Source of the DNA: Haliotis rubra
Lineage: Eukaryota
DNA length: 64,000 bases
Direction of reading: 5' to 3'
Assembly (NCBI RefSeq): GCF_003918875.1
Contig: NW_025766558.1
Span: forward strand, 2,976,001 to 3,040,000
Every line of letters starts with the position of its first letter. The first letter of the stretch is position 1. Positions 13,674 through 26,754 of the stretch are shown here, one piece after another. The position numbers and the translations under genes are program-made. A model generated the notes under the pieces. It made no database searches. It was not told the origin of the DNA and worked only from the letters and a program-made list of their open reading frames with translations.

Positions 13674-16600
13674 GAATATATTAGTAATATAATGGTGCAG
13701 GAATATATAAAATAGCCATAACATGGCTGTACAGGAATAGTTATAACATTGTTGTGGTATAATACGAATCGTTTTAACAAAGCAGGAGTCCAGTAGGGTA
13801 ACATGGCTATGGTAAACAACACCTAGATATTCTAGCAAGCAGCACTTATAAAATGGCATGGGTATAATAGCAGTACTGTTCCTCTATTGTAGATGACTCT
13901 GGATTATCCATATCTGATTTTATTTGATGACAGATTTATTTGACTCTACACACTATAAGGGGAGGCTTCCCTACTTTTTGTAGCTGTGTGAATTGGAGGG
14001 GGTCTCTGTATGAGCAGATAACAGTGCTCTGAAAGGCATGTGTGCTGACATTTATGTCTCCTGTGATGGAACTTTGAATAGAAAGTCAGAACTGTTACCA
14101 TATACAAAACTAACCGACCCCATTCACAGATATCAGGCGTTAACATTCACAGAATAGATGTACATTAATCACATGTGTACATGTAAGTTGCATTCATACA
14201 TTCATAACTGAAGTTATCTTTATCTTTTCTGAGCCCAAGGCATGTTTTGTGGTGAGTATACTATATGATAATGTTTTTGTAGTTCCTGACACAGACTCCA
14301 TGGGGTCACGACAGTGTTGTTTTACCTACTGCTAATACCACAGTGCAGTGATCAAGCTGTTGGATTAGATAATGTGTTTCATTATCCACCATGTGACAAA
14401 ATACTTTTCATAATCTACATTCAGCAGTAATTAAGGCCTCCCCGCCTGCTGTAGATTAGGGGATTATTGGGGATTATGCAGGTCTGAACAGAACACACAG
14501 GGCTATGGGTTACCTACCCTTGGATCGCGGGGGTTGGGCAGGGGATGGATACATGTGGATGACGGCTGCCGGACTGAAATATTTGTTCATTATCGCAGAG
14601 CTAGTTGTTACAGCAGGCAGACACCACATGGATTACATCAGGCAACAGGTATGATATCAACCATACACTGTCTACTGATCGGGTTTCAGAGCAACATGTC
14701 TATGGTGGTTATTGACATTTCTCCTTGCTTAAGTATCAATTTTGTTAAAACCTGCACTTGAAACATAGACAGGAAGATTTTCACATATTATGTCAACTTT
14801 CATAAATATTTTGTGTTCATTAATAAATGTTGGAAGTGGGGAAGTATTAGATTAGTGCTAAAAGTGAATCTGTGTTTTTGATTGTATACTGGGTATTGAA
14901 GCAACATCGTGAAAATCATGATGGTTTATTCTGAACTCTGTCATGATAAGGTCAAATAACTATGGGACTTCAGTGATGGTCAGCTAGATGACCAGTGTGT
15001 GGTGTAAGAGTGGTGTTAGTTATATGTTCCTGATGACATATCCTGGAGGTTCTCACATACCAGTACTCACATTGTGATGTCAGCGTCTTTGAATTGCTGC
15101 CAGTTGTTCGGTAATGCATGCTCCGCTGTGATGTCTGCTCATGTAGACAGAGCGCTGATGAAGGAGGAATTGCAAGTCAGATTGACTGTATATCTCTGAA
15201 TGGTAGTTGGAGACAGCAGTGGAAGCCAGAGTTCACTCTAACATTGAGGGTAAATCTGTACTTAATTAGCAGATCAACAGTGACAAGACCCTTGTAAGTT
15301 TTCTGCTTACAGAATTGTTAATTTCTCTGTTGGATGAGTTCCAGTATCCATAAGGAATATATTTGAATAGGTTGCAGACATGCTTGGCATTTGGCAGTGT
15401 CTGCAGGTTTGGTTAGAAGTCAGGGGTTGTGCTCGAGGTCTTGTACTGGAATGAGGCACATTGATTCTGCGATATGTTTTGTGTCATTGCGACCTCAGTC
15501 ATTACTTGAGATGAAACATGATGATGGGCAGTGGCAGGAAGTGTTACTGGTCATCTGTTAATACAGGATCTCCATGTGGCTGGAGACAGTGGTGGGGAGG
15601 CATATATATGAGCAGACACCTGAATATGTCTGTGTATATGTTGTACAGTGGTATGTGTTGTTAATCAATATTTTCTTATGCGACACATGATAAATATTTA
15701 TTCAAATGTATGGTCTGAGGCAGTGCAGTTGGCTGTGCGGAATCGTGTCCCTTAGCTGTGGCTTCATGTGCTGTATCTCGGATTCAGCCTTTGGTTTCCA
15801 TCATATGACTGTTTGTGGGTTCTACAGAAGTGTATTGTGCTTTGTTGATATAGCATGAGAATGGGGGGGGTTTGGGGGAGGCATCCTATGATTGGTCCAT
15901 AAAATAAATGGTAGGTTGACACACCTCATTAAAAAACCTAAATACATGCAAGGTTCAGAAAGTACCATCTCACCAGATACGTTAATTTGCAGACATCGTA
16001 AGATTATCTCACAAATAAAAAGGATGCTTTTCCATTTAGACTTAAAAAATGTCACATTCAGATCATTGTATAATGCTGTGTGCTAGGACATATGTTAAAG
16101 AAAAGCATCTATGCCAAGCACCAATTGTGATGTTGATACTACAGTAAAGTATGTTTGTAGTTGTAACATGCCTACAACAAACCGATGGATACAACACACT
16201 TGGTGTATGGTTTAGTTGTAATGTGTATGATTAATTTTGGTTATAACAAACTGAAAATAGTGGTCACTGTAATGCAGATGTAGAGGGATCCTGAATGTAC
16301 ATTGTTCATGCATGTCAACATGTTGTCGACATATGGCTTTGTGGTTGAGTGGATACAAGCCAACTTGTGTCAATATTCAGGCTGAGGTACGGTATATGCA
16401 CAAACAGATGATATTCATTATGCAACAAGGAAGGTTAATGATCATCTCTTTGCCACCAAATCACCAATGTTTTGTGAGCAGGACAAATACTTGTTGGACG
16501 TCATATAACAGACCGCGCTGGACACTGTACAGGTTGGTTAGAAACACAGTGGAGTCACTGTAGACAATCTAGACATATTTCTGAGTTGTGGAGGCATTTT

Positions 16601-16717
16601 TGGGAGTCAGAAAGTGTTGAAATTTCTGAATTATGTGGAAGGGTAAGATGTAGCTTCATAGAACTGCATTTGCAATACAGTTGTGTCTGTATGACCTGTC
16701 AACTTCTCCTGATTAGA

Positions 16718-18333
16718 TTGGACTATTGAGCTGGATCATGATATACACCTGGATCATGACTTACACGACTGGCTTGTACAATACTTGGATTATTGAGCTA
16801 GATCATGATAGACATGACTGGCTTGTACAATACTTGGATTATCGAGCTGGATCATGATAGACATGACTGGCTTGTACAATACTTGGATTATCGAGCTGGA
16901 TCATGATAGACACGACTGGCTTGTACAATACTTGAACTTATCGAGCTGGATCATGATAGACACGACTGGCTTGTACAATACTTGGATTATTGAGCTGGAT
17001 CATGATAGACATGACTGGCTTGTACAATACTTGGATTATTGAGCTGGATCATGATAGACATGACTGGCTTGTACAATACTTGGATTATTGAGCTGAGATC
17101 ATGATAGAGCATGACTGGACTTGTACAATACTTGGATTATTGAGCTGGATCATGATAGACACGACTGGCTTGTACAATACTTGGATTATTGAGCTGGATC
17201 ATGATAGACATGACTGGCTTGTACAATACTTGGATTATTGAGCTGGATCATGATAGACATGACTGGCTTGTACAATACTTGGATTATTGAGCTAGATCAT
17301 GAATACTTGATTATTGAGCTGGATCATGATAGACATGACTGGCTTGTACAATACTTGGATTATTGAGCTGGATCATGATAGACACGACTGGCTTGTACAA
17401 TACTTGGATTATTGAGCTGGATCATGATAGACACGACTGACTTGTACAATACTTGGATTATTGAGCTGGATCATGATAGACACTGACTGACTTGTACAAT
17501 ACTTGGATTATTGAGCTGGATCATGATAGACATGACTGGCTTGTACAATACTTGGATTATTGAGCTGATCATGATAGATCATTGACTGGCTTGCTTGATC
17601 ATGATATTATTGAGCTAGATCATGATAGACACACGACTGGCTTGTACAATACTTGTACAATACTTGAACTATTGAGCTAGATCATGATAGACATGACTGG
17701 CTTGTACAATACTTGAATTATTGAGCTGGATCATGATAGACACGACTGGCTTGTACAATACTTGAACTATTGAGCTGGATCATGATAGACACGACTGGCT
17801 TGTACAATACTTGGATTATTGAGCTAGATCATGATAGACATGACTGACTTGTACAATACTTGGATTATTGAGCTGGATCATGATAGACATGACTGACTTG
17901 TACAATACTTGGATTATTGAGCTAGATCATGATAGACATGACTGACTTGTACAATACTTGGATTATTGAGCTGGATCATGATAGACACTGACTGGCTTGT
18001 ACAATACTTGAATTATTGAGCTGGATCATGATAGACATGACTGACTTGTACAATACTTGGATTATTGAGCTAGATCATGATATACATGACTGACTTGTAC
18101 AATACTTGGATTATTGAGCTAGATCATGATAGACACACTTGTACTGACTTGATTGTAGAGCAATACTTGATAGACAAGACTGGCTTGTACAATACTTGGA
18201 TTGAGCTAGATCATGGACTCATGATATCGAGGCTGGATCATGATAGACACGACTGACTTGTACAATACTTGAACTATTGAGCTGGATCATGATAGACACA
18301 ACTGGCTTGTATAATACTTGGATTATCAAGCTG
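16718..18333. repeat. 49-bp minisatellite, ~32 copies
   Basis: ttggattattgagctggatcatgatagacatgactggcttgtacaatac; some units are scrambled. Confidence 0.95.
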
Positions 18334-18502
18334 AGTTGTGTTACAAAACTATTGGAACTGTGTCATGATGTGACATATTTCTGTTATAACATGGTTCTTA
18401 TTACAAGTTGTTGAAATGAGAGGCCCTTACCCAAACCAATCACTTTCTGTGAAGGAAAACTTAATTTTCTGGTGACTAATATATCTGTTTCCCCTGTTTC
18501 AG

Positions 18503-18963
18503 AGAGCAGTAACCAGGTTGACCGCCCTAGAAGTCTGTCTCTAGAGCAGAAAGAGGCCTTGTCAAGGATGGAGAAGTCTCAGGGTGAGGCAGAGTATGGC
18601 ACCAGGTACATGGAGATCCCATACAGGGCCCTGGAGTCTGACCGGGAGAAGGAGACCCCGCCTAGAAGCATGTCCTCCTCTTTATCCAAGGACAGCTTGT
18701 TCTCGGAGACCAGCAAGATGAACACACCAGACACACCGGGGGACCGCACGTCCTCCAAGGAGGGGACGCCAGACCGTGGCAGGCAGACGGACACTGCAGC
18801 CATGGCTTTCACTGTAGACTTCGGGGATGACGACAAGAAGGCAAAGATGCCCAAGTCTCTCAGTGAATGTGTGCCTTCCAAAATAAGAAAAAGTTTTCGA
18901 GAAAGAAAAGATAAAGTCCAACAAAGGTCACAAAATAAAGAGGCCACACCAAGCAAGTCTGAG
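18503..18963 (+). CDS. CEP170: CEP170-like exon 2 in window
   Basis: Acceptor cccctgtttcag|, donor GAG|gtgagg. Phase 1 in matches the previous exon; phase 0 out. Lies in ORF 18472-19020 (S/K/E-rich, AFTVDFGDDD). Confidence 0.85.
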
Positions 18964-19059
18964 GTGAGGACAGTTGGCTTTACTTGGTTAAGTTTAGTAG
19001 TCTGTATGCCTTATGGCTGATATGATTGCCAGTGTTTTTGTGTGTGACATTGGATGAGA

Positions 19060-19309
19060 TTTCTGTAAGCAGGAATACAGACATGAATATGCCTGATGTG
19101 ACTGCCAGCGCTTGTATGTGTGTGAAATAAAGGTGGAGACTTCTGTAAGCAGGAATACAGACATGAATATGCCTGATGTGACTGCCAGCTTGTGTGTGTG
19201 TGTGAAATAAAGGTGGAGACTTCTGTAAGCAGGAATACAGACATGAATATGCCTGATGTGACTGCCAGCGCTTGTATGTGTGTGAAATAAAGGTGGAGAC
19301 TTCTGTAAG
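19060..19309. repeat. 80-bp tandem repeat, 3 copies
   Basis: ttctgtaagcaggaatacagacatgaatatgcctgatgtg... at 19061, 19141, 19221 and 19301. Confidence 0.95.
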
Positions 19310-19533
19310 AACGGACACATAGACCTTGATATCCAGGATATCTCATATAGTCCATCTATGATGTATATTATATGTAGCTAGTGTGTGCTATGATTCTGCT
19401 ATAACAATGAGACAGATGTAACTTCATTCTGTGAATTAAAGGTGGCGAGATTGTTTTAATGTTTTATTTGGAGGATGATATTTGACATTTCAGGAGGAAA
19501 GCTTAGAGAAATGTTTTATTTGGAGGATGCCAG

Positions 19534-19726
19534 GCACAGAGATGTCAACAGACGAAGCAGGAGGACGACACAGCAAGCTCCTCCTCAGACACAAAACCTG
19601 TGAAAAAATATCCAGCTTCAAAGAAGACAGATTCTCATGGCAACAAAAAGTTTGGGGGAGAAAAATCTCCGTCAAGACTTACAGAAAATGGGGATTCAAG
19701 TGGCAAGAGTGACACCCCTGTGAAAG
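19534..19726 (+). CDS. CEP170: CEP170-like exon 3 in window (5' boundary uncertain)
   Basis: Frame of ORF 19600 (AQRCQQTKQEDDTASSSSDTKPVKKYP...DTPVK). Donor AAG|gtagtg is phase 1 and matches the next exon. The in-frame acceptor ccag| at 19533 is weak; the stronger tttcag| at 19493 is out of frame. Confidence 0.6.
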
Positions 19727-20248
19727 GTAGTGCTTCATTGACTGCGTTGAATCTCCACAAGGATAAATCATGTTCCAATATACAGGAGAGTGTTGGCCTC
19801 ACTGGGAGGGAGCAACTGATCACAGATACCGTATATCCCAGATTAAAGGCCCAGGCATATGTTTATTTCAGTGCCCTTAACTCCCAGCATTTAATCACAA
19901 ATGTAATAATAGGGAGAAATCCATGCATAAAACTGTCCTGGTGTGATATTAGACCTGAAGCTTAACCAAGACCCAGGTGTTGAACCAAGGGAATGCAGTA
20001 CCCTCTGTCCTCTTGAGTTCTGTGAGGGTCATTCTGTACTGTGAAGTGGAGGGTTAGCTGGCTTGAGTTCTCTTTTGGGAAACTGAGTTTAGATTTGATC
20101 TCTGCTTGATGGTTTATGTACTTTAAGGTGATCTATATCACAGTCAGATATACTAGACTCGGCCTAGTGGCTACAGTCATAGACTGTTCAACAAGGGTGG
20201 TGTGGGGTAGGTGGTGAAATGGGCTGGGTTTGGGTGGGGTGGGGTCTT

Positions 20249-20480
20249 CTGTTACTGTTGATAGGATGGGAGATGGTCAAGATCTTAAACTGATCTGTGA
20301 TGAATGAGCTGCTACTTCACATATTTCTGTTGCATTTATGGAATGTAAAATAAAGACTGGCTGGCTGGCTGAGTATGGTTATTGCTGTTACTGTTGATGG
20401 GATGGGAGATGGTCAAGATCTTAAACTGATCTGTGATGCTTGACTGAGTTCACATATTTTGTTGCATTTATGGAATGTAA
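20249..20480. repeat. ~137-bp local duplication
   Basis: ctgttactgttgat(a/g)ggatgggagatggtcaagatcttaaactgatctgtgatg...gttgcatttatggaatgtaa occurs twice. Confidence 0.85.
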
Positions 20481-20722
20481 TTGATGAAGAAGTTCATGTG
20501 AACAAGTCCTTCTATTTTCTGTTGTGATCTCCTGACTACTAACTCCAGTAGTCATCCCCACTTGCCCTTCCTTGGCATGACATAACTTGTAGAAAAAGCT
20601 GGAAAAGTATTAACATTGTGGTGGCTATCTTGAAACATGACCGGCAAATGATAGAAATGAACTCACTCGCCAGATGAATGTAGATATATTTTCTATTGCT
20701 AACTCCACTCCACTATTTGCAG

Positions 20723-21402
20723 GTTCCAGGGCAGCTAGGAGTAAGAAATCCCCAAGTTCTGTGCGATCCAGCACCAAATCTCCTAAATCAAAACCGTCAG
20801 AAGTGTCAACGTTGGATCCTACGCAGTACAGGGACCCTGCATCCTTCCTCATAGACAAGATGTTCGAGGGCAATGGCAAGGGCCACCAGAAGCCTGTTGC
20901 AGAAGTCGAAAGTAGTGCCCGTCCACTGACCGAACATGACTTGTACCAAGAGTCAGCAAGCTATGATCTAACGGCAGTGCAGAACGGAGACTCTAATGGT
21001 GATCTGAGCTCTGCAAGCCATCTCAAAAAGCGAAAATCAAAAGACATGGGAAGCCCTTGTGTGCAGGTGACCAATGACAAACTGATTCCTGAGAAAAAGG
21101 AAGACGATAAAGTGAGTGAGGCAGGGACCTATACTATTGAGGCGGAGGAAGAATGTGGTGATGAGGATGAAGCGCCTAGGAATATTGACCGAGTCTTCGG
21201 GGTGGACCCTAATGTTGTGTTTGAGAGACCTGTGATAGATATGGAGAACAGTGATGAGGAGGCTGGACAAGGGGAGGTAACTGACAACTTAGAGTTGGCA
21301 CAAAAACGAGCATTCCGAGATCGGGGAAGCAGCATGGAGGTTGAGGCAGGGAGTGCAGACACCATGGAAGATCTGGAAATTCCAGATGATATTGATCTCG
21401 AG
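20723..21402 (+). CDS. CEP170: CEP170-like exon 4 in window
   Basis: Acceptor ctatttgcag|, donor GAG|gtgagc, phase 1 to 0. Encodes SEAGTYTIEAEEE...RNIDRVFGVDPNVVFERPVID, matching the CEP170 GTYTIE...IDKVFGVD...RPVI signature. Confidence 0.9.
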
Positions 21403-24400
21403 GTGAGCCACCTTACACTTTATTTAATAAAAAGAATTGAGACACGTTAATATTATTTGGAATACTATTTATGTCATGTTGAAATAAAATTATATGCATT
21501 GAAACACACCAGAAATTGGGCCTGTTCTATAGCACCTTCAGTGATGAGTGCTCACCAACCCATCAGCTACACTGAGTCATTGACAGCAGACAGTGAGATG
21601 AGCTACAATAGCTGACTACTCTCCTCAAGGCACAAGTGCTTGATCATTTTGAATCAGCATCTGTTGTCAGATTTGGAGGGGTCAAATTATATCTCATATT
21701 GGTATTATGCTGTAAAATCTGAAGACCGAAGCTTTTGGAATCAAATCTTGGTAGTAGTTTCAAGACACCTCCAGGAACTTAATTACTGTGATGTAGATTT
21801 TTGATAAATTTCCAGGAAAACAGTGAAATGTAGTGAATGATTTACTTAAATGGTAATTGAAGTTTTTAATTTTTTTTAAGACTTACTTAGAAAATCAGGT
21901 GAGTGACTAAAGCCAATATATCATGTATATCTCTGCTGTGTGATATACTGCATAACACCGAGTCTGCTCTCTACTCTGTCTGTATAGGGATATATCCTCG
22001 TATCTTCATCACTTCCTGTGTAGTGTTCACTCTGTGCTACATACCTGTCACAGTTTACCTGTAGTAGAAATGTCATTTGGATCAAGTTTGTTTTCTTTTG
22101 AAATTGTGTTAGTTTCTGTCACTTTTTTCACAGTTTTGCATTTTGTTTATTCTGATTCCTCTGATTTTTCCATTTGTCCTTTAAACCATTATCAGAGATA
22201 ACGTAAAACTATCATTGGTGCAATTGATTCTCAGCAAGGAATTCACTGGCTTTTCAAACTGCATTTGATGAAGTAAATCTGATGAAACTACAGGCCCTTT
22301 GGCAAAATTATATAGTACATTATCCAATTACCATAAAAAAGCAGGGAAAACACATGAATGTGTTGATTATACTTCTATTAGTATGAAATATATGATCATT
22401 TTACATGACAGTGACTGGTCAATAGATACGCCTGGTCACTTTGGAACCACCCTATTCTCAATTTAACCTTGCTCTTAGCTGTGGGAATTCGTCCTGTCCA
22501 GGAACATCGGTAGGGTGTAGGTGATTCAAGACATATAGTGTATAATGAAAAACCTGAATGGCCTCAAACCAACAAAGAAGTAGACGACACCTTTCCCACA
22601 CTTAGAATATATACCATGTTGAGTTCAAGAGTGAAAGGGAGACGACTCTTTCATCTCTAGTATGTTCATGGACTGCAATATCCTATAGCATTCTGTTGTT
22701 TTTCAGGTCAATAATGTCCTTTGAGTGTATGGAAAATAAATGTCACTGTTTCTGATACATGAGCTCACTGACCCAGAACATTATGATTGAGTAGTTCTGC
22801 CAATGCCTTTAGCTCTGCCATTCCCCAGTTGGCACACCCCTGTCATATCGCTGTCACTGTACGCTAGTGTTTTCACTGTAGCTAATGGCAATGAAAGGCC
22901 AGCAGCGCTAGCTGTGGTAATGATCAGTCAGGTGCTTGACGGGGTATTGTATCTGCCGGCGGTTGACACCAGCCGGTCATACACTAACATGCTTTTATAT
23001 CCGATACCATCTTTCATCTGGGACGTGTATAATATCTACAATCCACCTGGAATATAGCTGCTGTGTAACTTTGTTTGCTGTGAGCTTTTCCCCTGTGACC
23101 TGATGACTGTAAGTTGAAATGTTAATTCAGTTCTTTTTTCACATTTGACTCCCGTTACATTTGACTCCCGTCATTTATCTGTGATGTTTTAGAACTGTGT
23201 GTTCTCCATGCTGTGTGTTCCTGTGTCAGTGTGTGTGTTGTCCATGATGTTAGGTGAATACTTGTTGCTGGGGAAACAAAGACCTGGGTATCAGCTCCCA
23301 GGTGTGTGTAGATGGACACAAATATATGTACCACTTTCTTTCAGCTTGGAATCATTACACACCACTTAATTTAATTAATTATCTTTTCTTCACATCTAAT
23401 CACATACATAATTCATTCATTATTCATACTTAGCATCATTTCCACGTTGAAAAATGTAACAATTTCTACATGATTGGCAGTGTGTGAAGAATAAATGAAG
23501 GAATGTTGCTATGAAGTTGTTGATTAATTGTACATGTCACTCTTCCGGTCTGTGCCGAAAACTTTCTAATAGCCTTTCCTGACTGTGACTCTCAACACCA
23601 TTTTTCATATATTTTAATGCTATGGTCTAGTGGATTATTTTGTTAACTAAGCTTACTAGACTGAATGGATATTTACCTGACTCTGAATTTGGACTAGTGG
23701 CTAAGTTGGAGACCCCTCATCATTTGGAATTGATAAATAAAGTATTGAAGATTTGGCTAAATGATTGTTAAAATACTAATGTCTCCACCGAGTCCAGTTT
23801 GTTGTGTAACGATTATTCCAGGTTACATGTTGTGATTTTATCCAGTTTACATACCAGAGTGCTTCTAAGGGCAAGCACTTCATAAGCCATCATCTGTGTT
23901 ATCAGTTATCAGGTTATCAGTTTCTGTGTTTTTGATGTTGAAACATGATTGAAAGTTGCATACATCTTATATTTAGCAAGAACATCAGTCTGTAGACAAA
24001 ACTCTGAAGTTCAAGAACATAGGACTTTGACTCTGTGGACTGATGGCCATGACTACTCATGTAGTGTGTCATTTAATGTTAGAACCAGATAACCTCAACA
24101 GGTCCACAGTTATAACAAGGTTTTATATGACGCGTGATTCCTGCATATTTGACGCAACAATTTTGTTAATGACTCTCAAAATACTATCATACGAGTCAAA
24201 CTTGATGCAGGTTTTGTAGGTGGCCTTACAATTCAGTTCAATAAAATCGATTCGATAAGCAAAAAATGATATTGTTCGATGATAGTTTGACTTTTACAGA
24301 GCCGTCAGATTGTTCCAGAGAGTTCAGAGGAGACAGTAATCCTGGCTGTGTGAATTGAACTATGCTGTAGTTTCATTTGGTGGTGTGACATACACAGTTA

Positions 24401-25203
24401 CATACTGAGAATGATAAACACAAAGAAATATTACAATTTTCATGACTCCCAAATATTGAAAATGACTCCTAAAAATACATATTGTGAGTCACCATGACTT
24501 CCATTTTAAAAGGTTATAAGCTGGTCTGAGACATTCTATAACGACAGTCTAGACAGGATTGAGTCCCTCAGATTTCAGTCAAACTGATGTTACCTAGTTT
24601 CACTGAATTCCCGTATTCTTTGACATGAAGTATTGTCCGTCTGGGGCAAATTCCCATCAGTATCGCTCACTGTCAGACCTTTTGATCAGAACAGGTTCTA
24701 CGTCTGGAGACAAATATGTTAGGATTAAAGAGAGATCACCAGACATGTGAATGTTTGTCCTGAAAAACCCAAGTAAATTACCTGTGCACATTTTCTGATA
24801 AGTTAAACTGGTTTCAGCTGAATTCTGCTCTCTGTGTAAGTCTAAACGTGAGGATCTGTGGTGAAGGTATGGCGAATCAATCTAGTCACCTCCTTCCCTC
24901 AACTGGCATTGTAAAAGTATGTGCAGTGATTTATCAGTGACTTACCGTGTCTCCAGAAATTAAAGAGGGCATTAATTTCCAGATTGTGTAGGGATATGTA
25001 AATGATATTTACAGTTCTGTGATGTACAGTAATCTCGGTTCTTGACCTCTGGTTGTCCTTATGTTGAATGCCATCTTCATGGATGTGGACTTACCACACA
25101 GAACATTGTTGGTCCACTCAGCATGAACTACCTCAGGTCATGACCCCTCCTGTATTGTCCCAGAGGGGGAACATCTTATGACCTGACCTGGTTTATCAAT
25201 ATA

Positions 25204-25361
25204 CTGAGAGAAACAAATAAAGGAACACAGGAAAATTCAAGTGTTCCTTTTAATATTATCCTGTTTTCATCACCAGCTTTGAATAGCACTGTGGGAGGAA
25301 ATCTGAGAATAAATAAAGGAACTCGGCCGTGAACTGGTGTTCCCTTATTTGTTTCCCTGAG
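25204..25361. mobile_element. Small Tc1/mariner-type MITE
   Basis: 25-bp TIRs CTGAGAGAAACAAATAAAGGAACAC and GTGTTCCCTTATTTGTTTCCCTGAG (3 mismatches), flanked by TA on both sides. Confidence 0.7.
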
Positions 25362-25518
25362 TATATCACCCACTGAAACTTAACATGTGACAATGCTCTG
25401 TCCAACACACTGCAGACATTTTCTATGGACATTCACATTCAAGTGAAATATTTGGATCTGTTCAGATTCAGGATTGGGCATTCCTGAATCAATAAAGAGA
25501 CTGGATTGCATTCAATGA

Positions 25519-25728
25519 ATCAATAAAGAGATTACCATCAATAAAGTGATTGCCATCAATAAAGTGATTGCCATCAATAAAGGAGGTTGCCATCAATAAA
25601 GAGATTGCCATCAATAAAGTGATTGCCATCAATAAAGTGATTGCCATCAATAAAGTGATTGCCATCAATAAAGAAATTGCCATCAATAAAGTGATTGCCA
25701 TCAATAAAGAGATTGCCATCTATAAAGA
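25519..25728. repeat. 18-bp minisatellite, ~12 copies
   Basis: (gtgattgccatcaataaa)n. Confidence 0.95.
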
Positions 25729-26754
25729 GTACAAAACTGCCATAGGTGTGTGCTAAACTTAAAATCAGGACAGAGATGTCTCATAAGGGATCATAGCACT
25801 AAGTCTCTTGTAACCCTATGTTAATGTTTAGGAGTTACAATCACCTTAGCACTAGCATTGCTTTGTGGAATGGGGCTCTTATTATGCAAGTAGTCACACT
25901 GACCCCTGGTGTCTGTGGGGAGGGGGAGGTCTGCAGGTGTGTTTTGTCACGTCCGAGGTCGTTGTCGGTCGCATGTGGAACGTTGCAGGTAGGTGTGTAT
26001 GCTGTTTCTGTCGTCGTGTCACAGACGCCGTGTTTGTGTGGTGATCTAGGGTGAGGATCTGCACAGCCTTGGCATGGTAGTTCTGCATAATCACACAAGG
26101 TTATTTCCGTTAATAGACAGTGGGTGATGTGATGTGATATATTTGATGGTTTAGATATGTCTGAAACATGTTCAAAATCTTGATAAGATTTAGATTAAAA
26201 ACAGCAAAAACTAAACCCTAAATTTCTGAACATGATCAGGCTAATTTTCTGTTGCTGAAAAAGAATGGGCCTAGATGATACATTTCCCAGAATATGAACA
26301 TACTGGTATTTCTGAAATGTCAGTTACAAAACGAGTACACAATGTGTTCTGTTTCACTTTATATGGTATCATGTTGAAACAAGCAGTACTACTTTATCCA
26401 AGTACAGCTGCGTGTAAACTTAGAATCCGACAGTTAATGTGAAAATATATCATAATAAGATCGTGTACCAATATACATCTTCCTTGTATACTTGGCGACA
26501 TCCGTTTGACTCAGATACGGCATCATCCATCAGATCACATCTCAGTTATTTCTGCTGCTTTGAGTTATTTCAATCCCCATTTCACAATACATGATCGTTC
26601 TGGCTCATACTCACATCAGATTATTCATCTATGTTTCCTTAAGAAGGATATTAATATCTGACCTATGTAGGGACTTGCAATTAGTTGGATGAAATTAGCA
26701 TCTTGGGGATTGTATTTTGTGTTGGTGTCACTGCTATCTATCAACAACTATCAT

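Noticed and set aside
14433-14648. Possible extra exon ending ACAG|gtatga in the 18-kb intron
   Set aside because: The phase-1 frame has no ATG or good acceptor, and the ATG-containing frame is phase 0, incompatible with exon 2. Exons 1 and 2 already join in frame.
17570-18240. Scrambled units inside the 49-bp satellite
   Set aside because: More likely consensus or polishing noise than biology; raw reads are needed to decide.
16718-18333. CRISPR-like array (also the arrays at 34710 and 54420)
   Set aside because: Head-to-tail repeats without unique spacers, no cas genes, and an intronic eukaryotic context.
24095-24530. Possible degenerate hAT-like MITE (ttataac...gttataa ends)
   Set aside because: The termini are too degenerate and I could not identify a TSD.
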